From Eledone cirrhosa (taxonomy: Eukaryota), in the NCBI GenBank assembly GCA_964016885.1, contig OZ024741.1:252464001-252528000 (forward strand): DNA of 64,000 bases, read 5' to 3'. Shown in pieces: positions 38,052-51,113 of this stretch; positions within the stretch are counted from its first letter, which is position 1, and the number at the start of each line of letters is the position of its first letter. The notes below the pieces were generated by a model. That model saw only the letters and a list, made by a program, of their open reading frames with translations, ran no database searches and had not been told where the DNA came from. Both the position numbers and the translations under genes were made by a program.

Positions 38052-39082
38052 CTGGAACAGAGAAAATACATAGAAATCAATAAAATATTTGATTCCAGAC
38101 ACATCAAACATATCATGTCTGATATGCAATATGACTGAACAAATATGACAGACAATATGTCTGACTAAATATATAAGAGACAGTCTTGAATATACTATGT
38201 ATGACAAACAATATAACCAATTTCTTACAAACATTATGTCTGACTATAAAATTATGACAAACAATATTTGACCAATGTGCTGCATATATTATGCCGGACC
38301 ATTGTATGACATAATATGTATGACATATATTAATTATGAGTGATGTATGAAAACTAATATATAATAGTCAGTATGATTGAACTATATATAGCAGTAAAGA
38401 TGTCTTATCTATGTTTGCAACACATTATGTCTGTACAGTGTATGATAGAAAATATCTTGATCCAATACATGATAGACAATATGGCTGACCAAAATATGAT
38501 AGTTATCATGTGTAACAAAATATTTCACAGTATGTCTGAAGGAACGTATGACAAATACTGTCAGAATGATGTATGATAAAAGATTATGCTTTACCAATGT
38601 AGCATAGAGAATTAAAATGACCAATATAGGACAGATAAACTGTCTGAGCAATGTAAAATGGTCATGTAGGTTTCATGGCAAATAGCACCCAGCCCATACT
38701 GTAAAGTAGTTGTGTAGGTCTCATGACAAAATCACCCAGCCCACACTGTAAGTGGTCATGTAGGTGTCACAAGAAAAAGCACCCACCCCACACTGTAAAG
38801 TGCTCATGTAGGGTCACGACAAAAAACATGCAGTACTCTCTGTAAATGAGGTTGGCATTAGGAATGGCATCCAGCTGTAGAAACCAAGTTAAAATAAGCT
38901 CTGTATGAGCAAGGCCTAGTCACCTGACCTGGCACAACTTAAACAACTTAAACGACAGCACAACTTGCCCTAACCAATGCTAGCATGGAAAAATGAACAT
39001 AAAACGGTGATGATAAATTATGATGAAATATATAATATATAATTTACCAATATTGTACCAATATATATAAAATATAACTTAC

Positions 39083-41515
39083 CAATATTGTATTTGGAGG
39101 ACTTTTCTCCAGGGTACCTGTGTCTATCCATTCACTCTGGGATTCATACTGGGGGTAGAAATCTCCCTGACATTCTATATACTGGATGTTTCTATAATTC
39201 AAATCTGTAGAATACCTCACTGGGGTACCAGGAACACTGTTGTTGCTGCTCTGACATGGTAAAGGTTGATCAATTCTGTTACATATAGCTGACCGATCAA
39301 CACCTCTCCTAGTGGCCTTTGTAGATTGAGACTGACCACTGCTACATTTCAAAATACACAGTGTAATGGACACTACAATGACCACAGCCACTATTACAGC
39401 TGCTACTATAATTATAATTAATATTGGTATATCAAATATTTTGTTCTTCTCTAACTGGACAGTGGTCATCTGTGGTGATGATGTCTTGTTAGTGACCTTT
39501 AGTGATAAAGACACAGTAGTTGTGGCTGACATCACTGGGGTACCAGAATCCTTGACCACAAGTACCAGTTGATATGAGCCAGCTTCATTGAGATGAGGTG
39601 GACGTGAGAAAGACATTTGACCAGTAAAAGAGTTCAGTGTAAACAACTGTTTATTATTACCATCAAGTATTCCATATTTGAGGAAGGCATTTAAATGACT
39701 GTCTCTATCAGTGGCTTTAATCACAGTGATGGCATTGGTACTTTGTGGATGGTAGTGGACATTGATATGGAATGGGTCAGTTGTAGGGTAGATAAAATAT
39801 GGACTATTGTCATTTCTGTCTAAAACCTCAATAACAACATTGGCTGTATTATTCAATGATGGTTGACCATTGTCTTTGACAAATACTTCAAATTTATAGA
39901 TGTCTTCTTCTTCTCTATCTAATGGTATGTTACTGGTAATAAAACCATAGTCACTCACCTTAAATGGTATATTATTTCTGTCTTTACTTAATATTGAGTA
40001 AGTTAGTTGACCAGCACTTCCTAGGTCTGGGTCAGTGGCATTAATAAAACCTATAGGAAAGTTAGCTTTACCATTCTCATAAGTAAGGAAGTGGAATTTA
40101 TCTTTGGTAAATTGTGGTTTCACATCATTTACATCCATTACTGCAATAGAAATCTTTCTCTCTGTCTTTAAAGGAGGACTTCCATTATCTTCACATACAA
40201 GTTTCATGCTAAAATGGTCCGATGTTTCTCTGTCAAGTGATTTCTTCAAAGTAATTTTATATTCCTTTGATTCTAAATGTGAGAGGACAACTTTATCATG
40301 TTTTAAATTACAAGTCACCTCTCCATTCTCCCCTACATCATCGTCCACTACATTGACATAAGCTATATAACTGCCCACTTCAGTTCCTTCATAAATTGTT
40401 GCTGTATCCTTCTTTAGTTCAGACACAAAATTTATCCTAATTTCTGGGGCATGGTTCTCTTCATTAAGAATATTTACTCTTACAATGGCAAAGGAATTTA
40501 GTGGGGGATTCCCACCATCTTTGGCTTCTACATACATCTTAAGTATATTCTTTGTTTGGGATGTAAAGTTTTTTTTTACAAATAATTCCCCTGTTTGATG
40601 ATTAATTTTAAAGTAGCCTCTTGTGCGCTCTGGCGTTTCTGAACTAAAGTAATACAAAACTTGACCATTCTCTCCAGAATCTGGGTCTTTGGCTGACAAT
40701 GTCACAATAGGAATATCATTAGCATGTGTATTTTTGATGGAAATATTGTAGATATGTTTTGAAAAAACTGGTGAGTTATCATTAACATCAATTATTGTTA
40801 TATGAACATGTAAAATTCCTTGTTTTGGAGGTTGTCCACCATCTTTAGCTATCACTTCTAGATTGTAACTATCTTTTAGTTCCCTATCTAGTTTGTCTCC
40901 AAGAATAATTCCTATTTTAGATCTACCAGTGATAGTTTTCCTAACAGACAATATAAATGGTTCATTGAATTTTTTCTTCAATTTATATGTAACTTCTGAA
41001 TTCTCCATTCCAATATCTTTATCAATGGCATCTGGTATTAATTTTTCAGCTCCTTCAGCATCATCTTCATCAAACGTGATGTTTAATTCTGTCTGTGGAA
41101 ATTCTGGGCTGTGATCATTGATGTCTTGTATAATGACTTTAACTTTTATGATCTTCAAAAATGTCTTCTGTTTATGTAGAGCAACTTTGATGTATCTAAA
41201 ACAATCTGATTCATATGTACACAGTTCCTCAGCATCAAGTGTTTGTGTAGTGTACAGTTTACCATCGTTTGTGACATTAAACAAGTGTGGCTCTTCTGTC
41301 CATTGCTGTTGTATTTGGTTATATGTGATGAAGTTATTTTCTACAAGTGAGGCACTATTCTCCATCTGTGTGTCAGCAGCAATATCCCCAACAAATGTAA
41401 AGGGACTACTTTCTTCTTCTACATGGTAGCTCAGATCAATACTGACACAACTGTGTAATAATAGACTGAGGACATTGGCAAGTAAGTATGTATTCCACAC
41501 ACAGTCTACTTCCAT
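39083..41515 (-). CDS. PCDH: Protocadherin copy 5, large exon (811 codons)
   Basis: Exon starts at 41548; donor at 39083/39082. Confidence 0.95.
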
Positions 41516-43929
41516 CACAGAATATTAAATCATATCTTCTGTTTTCACCTGAAATTACAGGAGAACATATAAAATTTCCATTGAATGTCTGAGATTACAG
41601 TAACAAACATTTGGAAAATGCATAAAAACATGAAATAAATATATCATTTTATATCATATGTGTAATGATGCCTAGATTTTAATGTTGAACATTTATATTG
41701 AAAGTTTAAAATTCCAGAAATCAATATTTAGAAAATTGACAAATAATATATAATATATAATTTCTTCTATTATATATCAAAATTATCATTTCAATAGTGA
41801 ATTTAGACATATGTAATTATTTTTTATACTTTCATTGGTTGAAATCCTTTGACTGTAGCCATGCTATAGCTCTGCCTAGTGATTTGTCAATGATGTAAGC
41901 CTTTCTTTGACACAATTTATTTTTCCAAGTTTGGAATTTTTAAAGTGTTTGGTGAAAGAAGAGTGTTTAACAACAGAAAATTTGTTAAACAAAAGATCAA
42001 AAGGATTTTTCAGACGTGTCAAATAGATGACAATCTTCAAAGTGCTAGTGCTATGATGAAATGCACCCATTCTACTCTGTAGATTTTGGAAATTCATATA
42101 GGTGTGATATAGCTCTAGACATGTCTGGGAGGTCACTAGCTCCAACTAATTACTTAGTCTATGATGAACTCTTGATAGCAGAGCAAACAGAAATTAAATG
42201 ATGAAGAAAGCGAGAGAAAATTATCTTTTTCAAATTAAAAGTGAATATATAGTCTGTCTCAAAGATGAACTTGATACATCTGAGAATAAATGTATAAGCA
42301 CTATTCTGATGATTCATTATAAATGAGTTACCATTTATAGTATGTCTATGTGTTTGTTGGTATTTTATATGGAATTGGTGTTTAGTATGTAATATAACAA
42401 TAAAATGCACGTAAGTTATTTATAGATAATACTGATCATAGAATATTTTTATGTGATAAATAGAATATCTTGCAGGGTATTCGAAACGAAAATATATATT
42501 AATTTGGAAAAGTAGATATATTTTAATTATGTCTCATATAAAATAATATTACTGGCCTTCCGCAAAATACATATAGTTAGCACCCCAAACGTAAAATCGG
42601 GATTATACTAAGGTATATTCTAATGTTTGTTGAGTGAGATGGAAACCAGTCAGAGTAAAGCTTAAACTTTCTCTGTTAATGTATTGAATATATTAAAGTA
42701 ATAGATATTTTTGGAGAAGTCTTGATAAACGTTACAGTATGCATGGGAGATAACTACCCGTACAGTGTGAAGACATTGTAATTATGTCCCTTATTTCATA
42801 ACAGGCGTCTATCTCCTGATACTAATGAAACTATTTCGCCATTGTTTAGATTAGACTGAAGTATCCTGTATGCATGTGATCAGTTCTACATGTTACTGAT
42901 ATTTAGGTACATAATAAAGAGTTACACATTTTAAATGGACCTTGAGTGACTAAGTTAAAAAAGTAAAACATTCATATTTAATTTAAAAAAAAAAACTGAT
43001 ACAGAGAAACAGATATATTTCGTTTTGTATTTGATTTGCAAAGTTCTTGATGCAAGATCGTATGTTGAAACATATATTTATGTACCTTGTGAGTGCCATG
43101 TTGCCAATTAAAACACCTGCACTGGTTTTATTATTAATTATATACTAATGATAGTGGATTTGTGGAATTGTTGAAGTAACAGACACAATACTTTGAGGCA
43201 TTTAGTTGTGGCCTTTTTCATAAAGTACCAGTGAAGTACTGATGTCGATATAATCGACTTTTCCTTCCCCCAAATTGTTAGCCTTATGCCTCACTTATAA
43301 TCCATTATGAATCAGGTAATTTGTCCATCCACCATTTGATTAATCAACCCATTAGTTAATTAATTGTTAAATATCTTTATCAATAGGGTTTTACTCTCTG
43401 CATTATTAAATATTATAATATATACAAGTATGATATTAATGGAGGGGTGTTTTATGTGAGATAACACTTCATATGAGGGAAAAACCATAATACAAGTGAA
43501 TGTGATATTGTGTGACAGCATGATGTATGTCATGATATCACATCTTATAAATGCAGTATCAAATGTATGATACTATTCAAAATAAGATTTAAAAGAGTTA
43601 ATTATATTAAATTTAACAATATCAATCAATTTTTAACAATACTTCCATGCTTCCCGAAATTCGCCAACTCTACACCTGATATTTCCCTCCATATACACAT
43701 ATGCATGTGTGTGTGTGTTTGTCTGTAGGTATATCATGACTCATACACTGTTCACTTTCCTGCCATTTGTACATTATTCTATGTATTATACTTGCAGCTT
43801 TCATGAGTTGTAGTGCACCTGAGCACTGTGCACAATAATTTTCACTATTATTATTATTAAGAAAGAAACTTTATATAGATTATTGATAGTTTCTCAATAA
43901 ATGCCCCATCAGAAACAAGTAAAACTTAC

Positions 43930-44098
43930 CAAAAGTAGGTATGATACAAAATCCACGCTGAAAGATAGGAATTCTTTAAGATAAAAATGTTAAGTCATCC
44001 CATTTTGATGACAACAGAAGCATCTATCAGTTGTTCCCTGTATCTAATAACAACAGACCAGGTCATCAATATATTGGTCCCTTCCATCAGATATTATC
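43930..44098 (-). other. PCDH copy 5 putative 5'-UTR exon 2
   Basis: Conserved splice sites; 169 nt. Confidence 0.7.
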
Positions 44099-45984
44099 CT
44101 AAAATATATTGAAATATAACAACAATATTGAAATACTGTAAAGAAAGGACAGATAATAAATTTTGTAGCAATATATTTTAATAAACCTTCTATGATGAAC
44201 ATGTTAAAAATTATACAGTCTATATACTAAACACTAAATTATAATAATTCTGTTTCTTGGTGTTATATAAATGAGAGATGTATGATGATATTGGTGAATT
44301 GAATAGTTGAGTTTGAATAGATTTCTCTTTAATATAGTTATATTAAAAATATGTACACCCTTTACTAATGCACACCCTTTCCTGTAAATGCAGAGAATTT
44401 CATTTACAGGAAACTGTAAATATTGAGAGTCACACATTCCTATTTTTTTTAATGCTATCACAAATGCAAAATATAAAAAGAAAATTTCATCGAGAAATGT
44501 CTCTGAAAGAAACATTTGTAAAATATTTTCATCCGTACTCAAAATTTCTAACTAAATTTTCTAAATACTAGATACTACACATTAGGCTGTAAATACACAT
44601 TAGGCTGTAAATATACAATGTCTATCTATTACTAATATGTAAATATATGAAGTGCATTGTATCATAAACTTATAATAATGAGAAAATCAAATATATATAT
44701 CCTATGCTATCCTGGATGATAGACATTAAACAATAATGATGATGATGATTATATATATAGAGAGAGAAAAATCAAATGTGTCGGGCGAAAGGACAATATA
44801 TATCAATCATCATCATTTTTTGTCCGCTTCTCCCTGCTTGCAAGGGTGGGACGGGAACTGATTCTGGCTTTATTTCTACAGTTGGATGCCCTTCCTAACA
44901 CCAACCTCATTTACAGTGAGTGCTGGGTGCTTTTTTGCCGTGGCACCTCCACGACCACTTTGCAGTGGAATGATAGAGACCCCAGTCCCGATCATCTCAT
45001 TTCTACAGCTGAGTAAACTGGAACAATGTGAAATAAAGTGTCTTGCTCAAGGAAAAAACACATCGCCCGGACTGAGAATTTAACTCACAACCTTTCGATT
45101 GCAGGGCCAATGCTCTAACCACTTATATGTATATATATATATATATATTGCTATTTATGTCAGAATTTTGATGAGAAAATTACATTGTATCACATCAATA
45201 TGTCTGCTGTTATTCACAAAATTCAGCACTGTTACTAAGAGAAGTTTATCTTTATTATTACTGTTAATATTATTATTGTTTGGTTGATTAATCTACACAG
45301 ACGCTAGAGAAACACTATCCATTTACCTTAATATATGCTGTCTTTAATAAGACACTAAAACATACAACATTTTAGATAATAAATCTCTCACAGAATCAGT
45401 CACGCAACAATGTCTGACAGAACAATAACAGCTATTCGGGATGATAGATTCATTAAATTGTCTTTCATTATTATGTTAACATATTTCTATGGTGTTCTTA
45501 AAATACTATTTAAACATTATGACATGATAAAATTTATATATCAAATATTGCATTAGAAATATTTCTGCTCAATATAAAATATGATTAGACTGTTTATAAT
45601 AAATAGAGAAATGAAATAATATAATTTAGTTAAATTGGAGAAGAGAGAGGATGTAAAGACAAAATGGAGATTTACTGTTAAATATGGCGTATAGTTACAA
45701 AATCTACACTTATAATTTTAATTACCAAACAATATAGTAAAATGAAACAATAATTATTAGCTATATTAATATATAGCTATTATATTTCTAACACTGAATT
45801 ATGAAATAGTGTAATAATAGGTTAGTATTTTATAATAAAAAGTATGTTATATGGGAAACATCAGTTGGTAGTATTTCTCAGTGCTAGAAATGGTCTTTTA
45901 TAAATATCTTAATTTCTTACATGTTATATTTTCACACATTATATCAAAGATGAAATATGTGAATAAAACATGATGTACACTTAC

Positions 45985-46245
45985 CTCCATTGTCTCATCC
46001 ATAATCTATGTCTGTGTATCATACTCTGTGTTAGTGTGTGTCTGTGGTAGTAGTAGAGAGAGAGGGTCCACAAGATGTAACTACTACTACTACTACTGTT
46101 GTTGTTGTTGTTTCTGCTGCTGTTGTTATTGCTAGTGTTGACAGTGTTGCTGCTGTTACTGCTGCTGTTTGTATTGTTGTTGTTATTGCTGCTGTTGTTA
46201 CTGCAGCTGTTGTTGTTATTCCTTCAGAAGCAGCCTACTGCACAT
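45985..46245 (-). other. PCDH copy 5 putative leader exon 1
   Basis: Donor at 45985/45984; uORF ATG at 46002. Confidence 0.6.
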
Positions 46246-47500
46246 ATACAATATTACTACACATATTCTACAGTATACTCCAATGATGTGTCATAAGGGA
46301 TGTGTATAGTCTGTGTGTAGTGTATAGTCTATAAATGAGTTGTGTAACGATGGGGTCTGCTATATTGTTATAAGATGCTGTGTATATAAATCTATATAAA
46401 TATATATAGAGCAATTGTAGATATTTCATTCAATTTATTGTGTGTAAGCAGGAGATGATGATAAGGATGATACATATATACTTATATATACATACATATA
46501 CACTTATACACACATACACATGTGTATTTATACATATTTATACACATATCTATATATACACACACAGATCATATTTATACATGTGTATATATGAATGTAT
46601 GTATATAAATGTATATATATGTATGTGTGTGTGTATATATGCATATTTATACATATCTATATACACACACATATCATATTTATACATGTATGTATATATA
46701 TATATATATATAACGAAGGAAGTGTGGCACCAGAGTACTCGATATTTTGGGTAGTAGAGTGGGTAATAGGAAAAGAGTCAGAACAGCTGTCGAAACGGCT
46801 TGAGCTCTGCCGTCGGGGTTCTGACTCTTTTCCTATATATATATATAATATATATCTGTATAAATACAGATTGTGTAGACGAGACTGTACCAATGTGTAT
46901 TATATATACATATATCTAATATGTAGGTATGTAAACATGCCAGAAAATAGGAATTTCTCTGTAAATTGAAAACCATGATAAACTCCTTTAATCCATCTCC
47001 ATATCTTATTGGCCTCTCATCAGAAGATGTGTATATCATCCAATCAAGCACAAGGAAACATGTAATTAGTATTATTCTGAAATGGACTTAATAATTTGCC
47101 GTAATTAGTACTCCTGTTGGTAATTAGAAACAATAGATATATCCCTGTGGTTGATTTGATGATATACATTCCTTCTGATGAGGGTCCAATTAGATTTGAA
47201 AATCAATTAAAGGTGTTTTTTATTTTTCCATTTGAGAGGTAAATTCCTATATTCTGGCATGATTACATGTTTACACATTAGATATGTGTTTATATGTTGG
47301 TACAGTCTTGGTTACACACTGTATTGTGTACTTCACGTGTTAGCGCATTTCTTAATATATATATAAATATAAACACACACACACACACACATATATATAT
47401 ACAGGGTGGCCCTAAAAATGTATACACACTTTGATTATATATATAGGCAATAATTATTAGAATGCTGTTGAAGTGTGTACACAGTTTTTTTTGTATACCC

Positions 47501-47536
<36 letters not shown>

Positions 47537-47538
<2 letters not shown>

Positions 47539-48497
47539 GAAAAATTGAACAGGGACAGAACAGAGAGGCAGTACAATAAATGTTTATTAAATTCACGCTC
47601 AGGAGAGTGGGGGGTAGGTGGGGACGACGTTTCGGGCATAAGCCCTTCTTCAGGTGAGAAGTGTGTGGGAACAGAGTTCAAAAGGTGTGTAGGGGAGTGG
47701 TGGAGAGACATATAGCGAAAGGAAACGGTGCGAATGAAAAATTAACAAATAAAGACAAAAAATATAATAAATAAAAATAAAGCATGATCAAAATACAAGG
47801 AATGAGAAAATTAAAAAATAAAGGCATGATCAAAATAAACTGAAATAAAAGGGGGGTAAACAGGTGGTGGAAGGGTGTGGGGTGAGTAGGGGTGGTGGCG
47901 GGTAGAGTGGGGAGAGGGAGACGGGGTGTCCGAGCGGAGAGGGCTGAAGGTGGTGTGTGTGGTTAGGTGTGCGTGTGTGTGTGTGTGTGTGTATGTGAAA
48001 GTGAGGGTTGGGGGAAGAACGGGGTTGCATGTTCAGGAAGGTGTGTGTGGGGGGTGTTTTTGTGGGTCGGAGTGTCTGTGCGTGTGTGGATAGGGGGTGG
48101 GGGGAGAGGAATCAGGAGGCTGAGGGTGTAAATATGTGGTGGGAAGCACGTGTGTGTGGTTTAAGCGTGTTGTGGGTGTGGGTGGCGTGTGGATAAAAAT
48201 AAATTTTTGGGGGTGTGTGTGTCGGTGAGTTATATAGGTGATGGTGTAAGAGGATGGTTGAAAAGTTGGTAAGTTCCACGGATGTTTGGAGATTTGGTTA
48301 GAAGTCAATTTCGCGTGTGGGTAATCCAAGAAGCGGTGGTCGGAAGAGGAGAGATGTGGGGTGCGCGCGCAACAGGAAGTGGTCAGCAGTGGGAGTGCTG
48401 TGGTCAGTTGGTGCTGAGAGGTGGTCGGAAGGGCATAGCAGCAGTCGGCGGAATGGTAGGGAGGTGAGGATGGGTAGGTGTGAGACTTGGAGTGAGG

Positions 48498-48576
<79 letters not shown>

Positions 48577-49750
48577 TAGTAGGGGTGTTAGTGGGATGAG
48601 TGAGTGTGGAGCGGGGAGAGAAGGGTGTGTGTGGTTCTATGGAGGGAGTGTGGTGTACTGGTGAAGAGGTGTTAGTGGGTGTTAGTATACGGGAGGTGGG
48701 GAGGGGTGGAATGCAGGTGTGAGTGGGGGTTAGTGGTGGTAGGGTGTGTAGAGTTGGTGGTGTACGAGGGTGTGTGGCTACGTGTGCGTGGAGTTGGGGG
48801 GTGTTAGTGATGTTAGTTGCGTGTGGGGTGGGTGGTGTAAGTGGGTGCGTGTGTGCGTGTGATAAGGAGGGGGGAGGAGGATAAGAGGGGAGGGAGGGGA
48901 TGTTAGTATGTTAGTTGGGGAAGGGTGGTCAGATGAGGGGTGGAGTGGAGGTGTTAGTATTGTTAGTGTGGGGTGGGCGGTGAAAAGGAGGGGCGTGTTA
49001 GTGGTGTTAGTGGTGGATAAGTGTGGGGGGAGGGGGGCGGTCGAACGCTAAAGGAATAAGGGTGGGGAGTTCAGGCCGGGGGAAGTGTGGGTCTGTAAGA
49101 TGAAGATAGTGCGTTGTTCGACCGTAAGGCGATGGGCGGGTGTTCCGTGGCACTGGAGTAGGCCACAGACTGTGAGATGGCGTGCGGAGTGTCCAGGGCC
49201 ACCAAAGTGGCGGGCGATGAGGGAACTGCCCCCGAGACGAATATCCCGGAGGTGCTCCGTGACTCGGTCCGCCAGGCGACGTCCCGTCTGTCCGATATAA
49301 GTCGCGCTGCACTCCGTGCAACGAAGTCCGTAGACTAGGTTGGAGGAGGTGCAGCGGAAGGCATGCCGGACCGAGAGAGAGTGGCCGTTGGGACCCTGGA
49401 AGGTGGTGGTGTTGGTGATGTGGGGACAGGTGTTGCAGCGGGGCCTAGAACAGGGGAAGGAACCGGGGGGGACCGGAGCGTGGGTTGGGGGGTAGGGAGC
49501 TGTGGACGAGGAGGGTGCGGAGATTGCGTGCGCGTTTGAAGGAGGGGAGTGGTGGGGTTGGGAAGATGTGGGAGGTGGAGGGGTCGGACTGGAGGCGTCG
49601 GAAGAGGCGGCGGATGGTGCGGTGGAGGGGTAAGGTGGAGGGGTGGTAGGTGATTGGGGAGGGGAGACGGTGGGTGGGTGTGCGGTGGCGTGGAGTGAGG
49701 GTGGTGGAGCGGGGGATAGCACGGGCGCGGGTGAGAGTGGTGTAGACGAG
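47537..49750 (-). mobile_element. 5'-truncated Penelope-like retroelement (probably Neptune-type)
   Basis: GIY-YIG domain, C-rich 3' region with (CA)n, hammerhead-like core CTGAAGAAGGGCTTATGCCCGAAACGTC at ~47626-47653. Empty site visible in the paralogous regions (~28470, ~37808). Confidence 0.9.
49048..49750 (-). pseudogene. Penelope-like linker, Zn-finger and GIY-YIG endonuclease fragment with one frameshift
   Basis: GSFPCSRPRCNTC...CTSSNLVYGLRCTEC...YIGQTGRRLADRVTEH...EQRTI...GLN. The upstream linker ITYHP...LQSDPSTSHIFPTPPLPSFKRARNLRTLLVHS is in another frame, joined at the G7 run 49465-49471. Confidence 0.85.
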
Positions 49751-49935
49751 CTACACACACACACAATATATATATATATATATATAGTTATATATATATA
49801 TATATATGAATGTGAAAATGTTTTCATGGGATGTTCCAGAACGTTAAGATCGAAGCACTATATTCCACAGTCTCTCTCTCTCTCTCAAACCCTGCTCTCT
49901 GTTACAATGTCTCTTTCTCTAGTAGAAATGTGGTT

Positions 49936-49959
49936 TTATTTTTTAATTCGTGTTGATAA
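49936..49959 (-). CDS. PCDH: PCDH copy 6 terminal coding exon LSTRIKK*
   Basis: Same acceptor; Pro to Ser change. Confidence 0.78.
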   Translation of the reverse strand, partial: LSTRIKK

Positions 49960-50149
49960 CTGGAACAGAGAAAATACATAGAAATCAATAAAATATTTGA
50001 TTCCAGACACATCAAACATATCATGTCTGATATGTAATATGACTGAACAAATATGATAGACAATATGTCTGACCAAATATATAAGAGACAGTCTTGAATA
50101 TACTATGTATGACAAACAATATAACCAATTTCTTACAAACATTATGTCT

Positions 50150-50328
50150 AATTGGCAGTATCGGTAGAGGGTTGGACGCCATGCTTTGACGCATAGAGTT
50201 ACGGCCCTTGCCATTCTGAGTTCAAATCCCGCCGAGGTTAACTTTGCCTTTCATCCTTACGGGGTCGATAAAATAAAGTACCAGTAATGTACTGGATAAT
50301 TGCTGGCCTTGTGCCAAAAGTAGAAACA
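50150..50328 (+). mobile_element. tRNA-derived SINE with 9-bp TSD, private to copy 6
   Basis: A/B boxes; attatgtct duplicated at both ends; empty site in copies 4 and 5. Confidence 0.9.
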
Positions 50329-51113
50329 ATTATGTCTGACTATAAAATTATGACAAACAATATTTGACCAATGTGCAGCATATATTATGCCAGACCATTG
50401 TATGACATAATATGTATGACATGTTTTAATTATGACTGATGTATGAAAACTAATATATAATAGTCAGTATGATTGAACTATGTATAGCAGTAAAGATGTC
50501 TGATCTATGTTTGCAATACTGTACAGTGTGTGACAGAAAATATCTTTATCCAATCCAATACATGATAGACAATATGGCTGACCAAAATATGATAGTTATC
50601 ATGTGTAACAAAATATTTCACAGTATGTCTGAAGGAACGTATGACAAATACTGTCAGAATGATGTATGATAAAAGATTATGCTTAACCAATGTAGCATAG
50701 AGAATTAAAATGACCAATGTAGGACAGATAAACTGTCTGAGCAATGTAAAATGGTCATGTAGGTTTCATGGCAAATAGCACCCAGCCCATACTGTAAAGT
50801 AGTTCTGTAGGTCTCATGACAAAATCACCCACCCTACACTGTAAAGTGCTCATGTAGGTGTCACGACAAAAAACACGCAGTACTCTCTGTAAATGAGGTT
50901 GGCATTAGGAATGGCATCCAGCTGTAGAAACCAAGTTAAAATAAGCTCTGTATGAGCAAGGCCTAGTCACCTGACCTGGCACAACTTAAACAACAGCACA
51001 ACTTGCCCTAACCAATGCTAGCATGGAAAAATGGACATAAAACGGTGATGATAAATTATGATGAAATATATAATATACCAATATTGTACCAATATATATA
51101 AAATATAACTTAC

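Noticed and set aside
49472-49827. Pro/Ser-rich N-terminus fused to GIY-YIG as a novel domesticated gene
   Set aside because: The genuine Penelope linker is in another frame upstream of a G7 frameshift, and the ORF start lies in flanking host microsatellite.
50150-50235. tRNA gene
   Set aside because: The A/B boxes belong to a SINE head that continues into SINE body and is bounded by a TSD.
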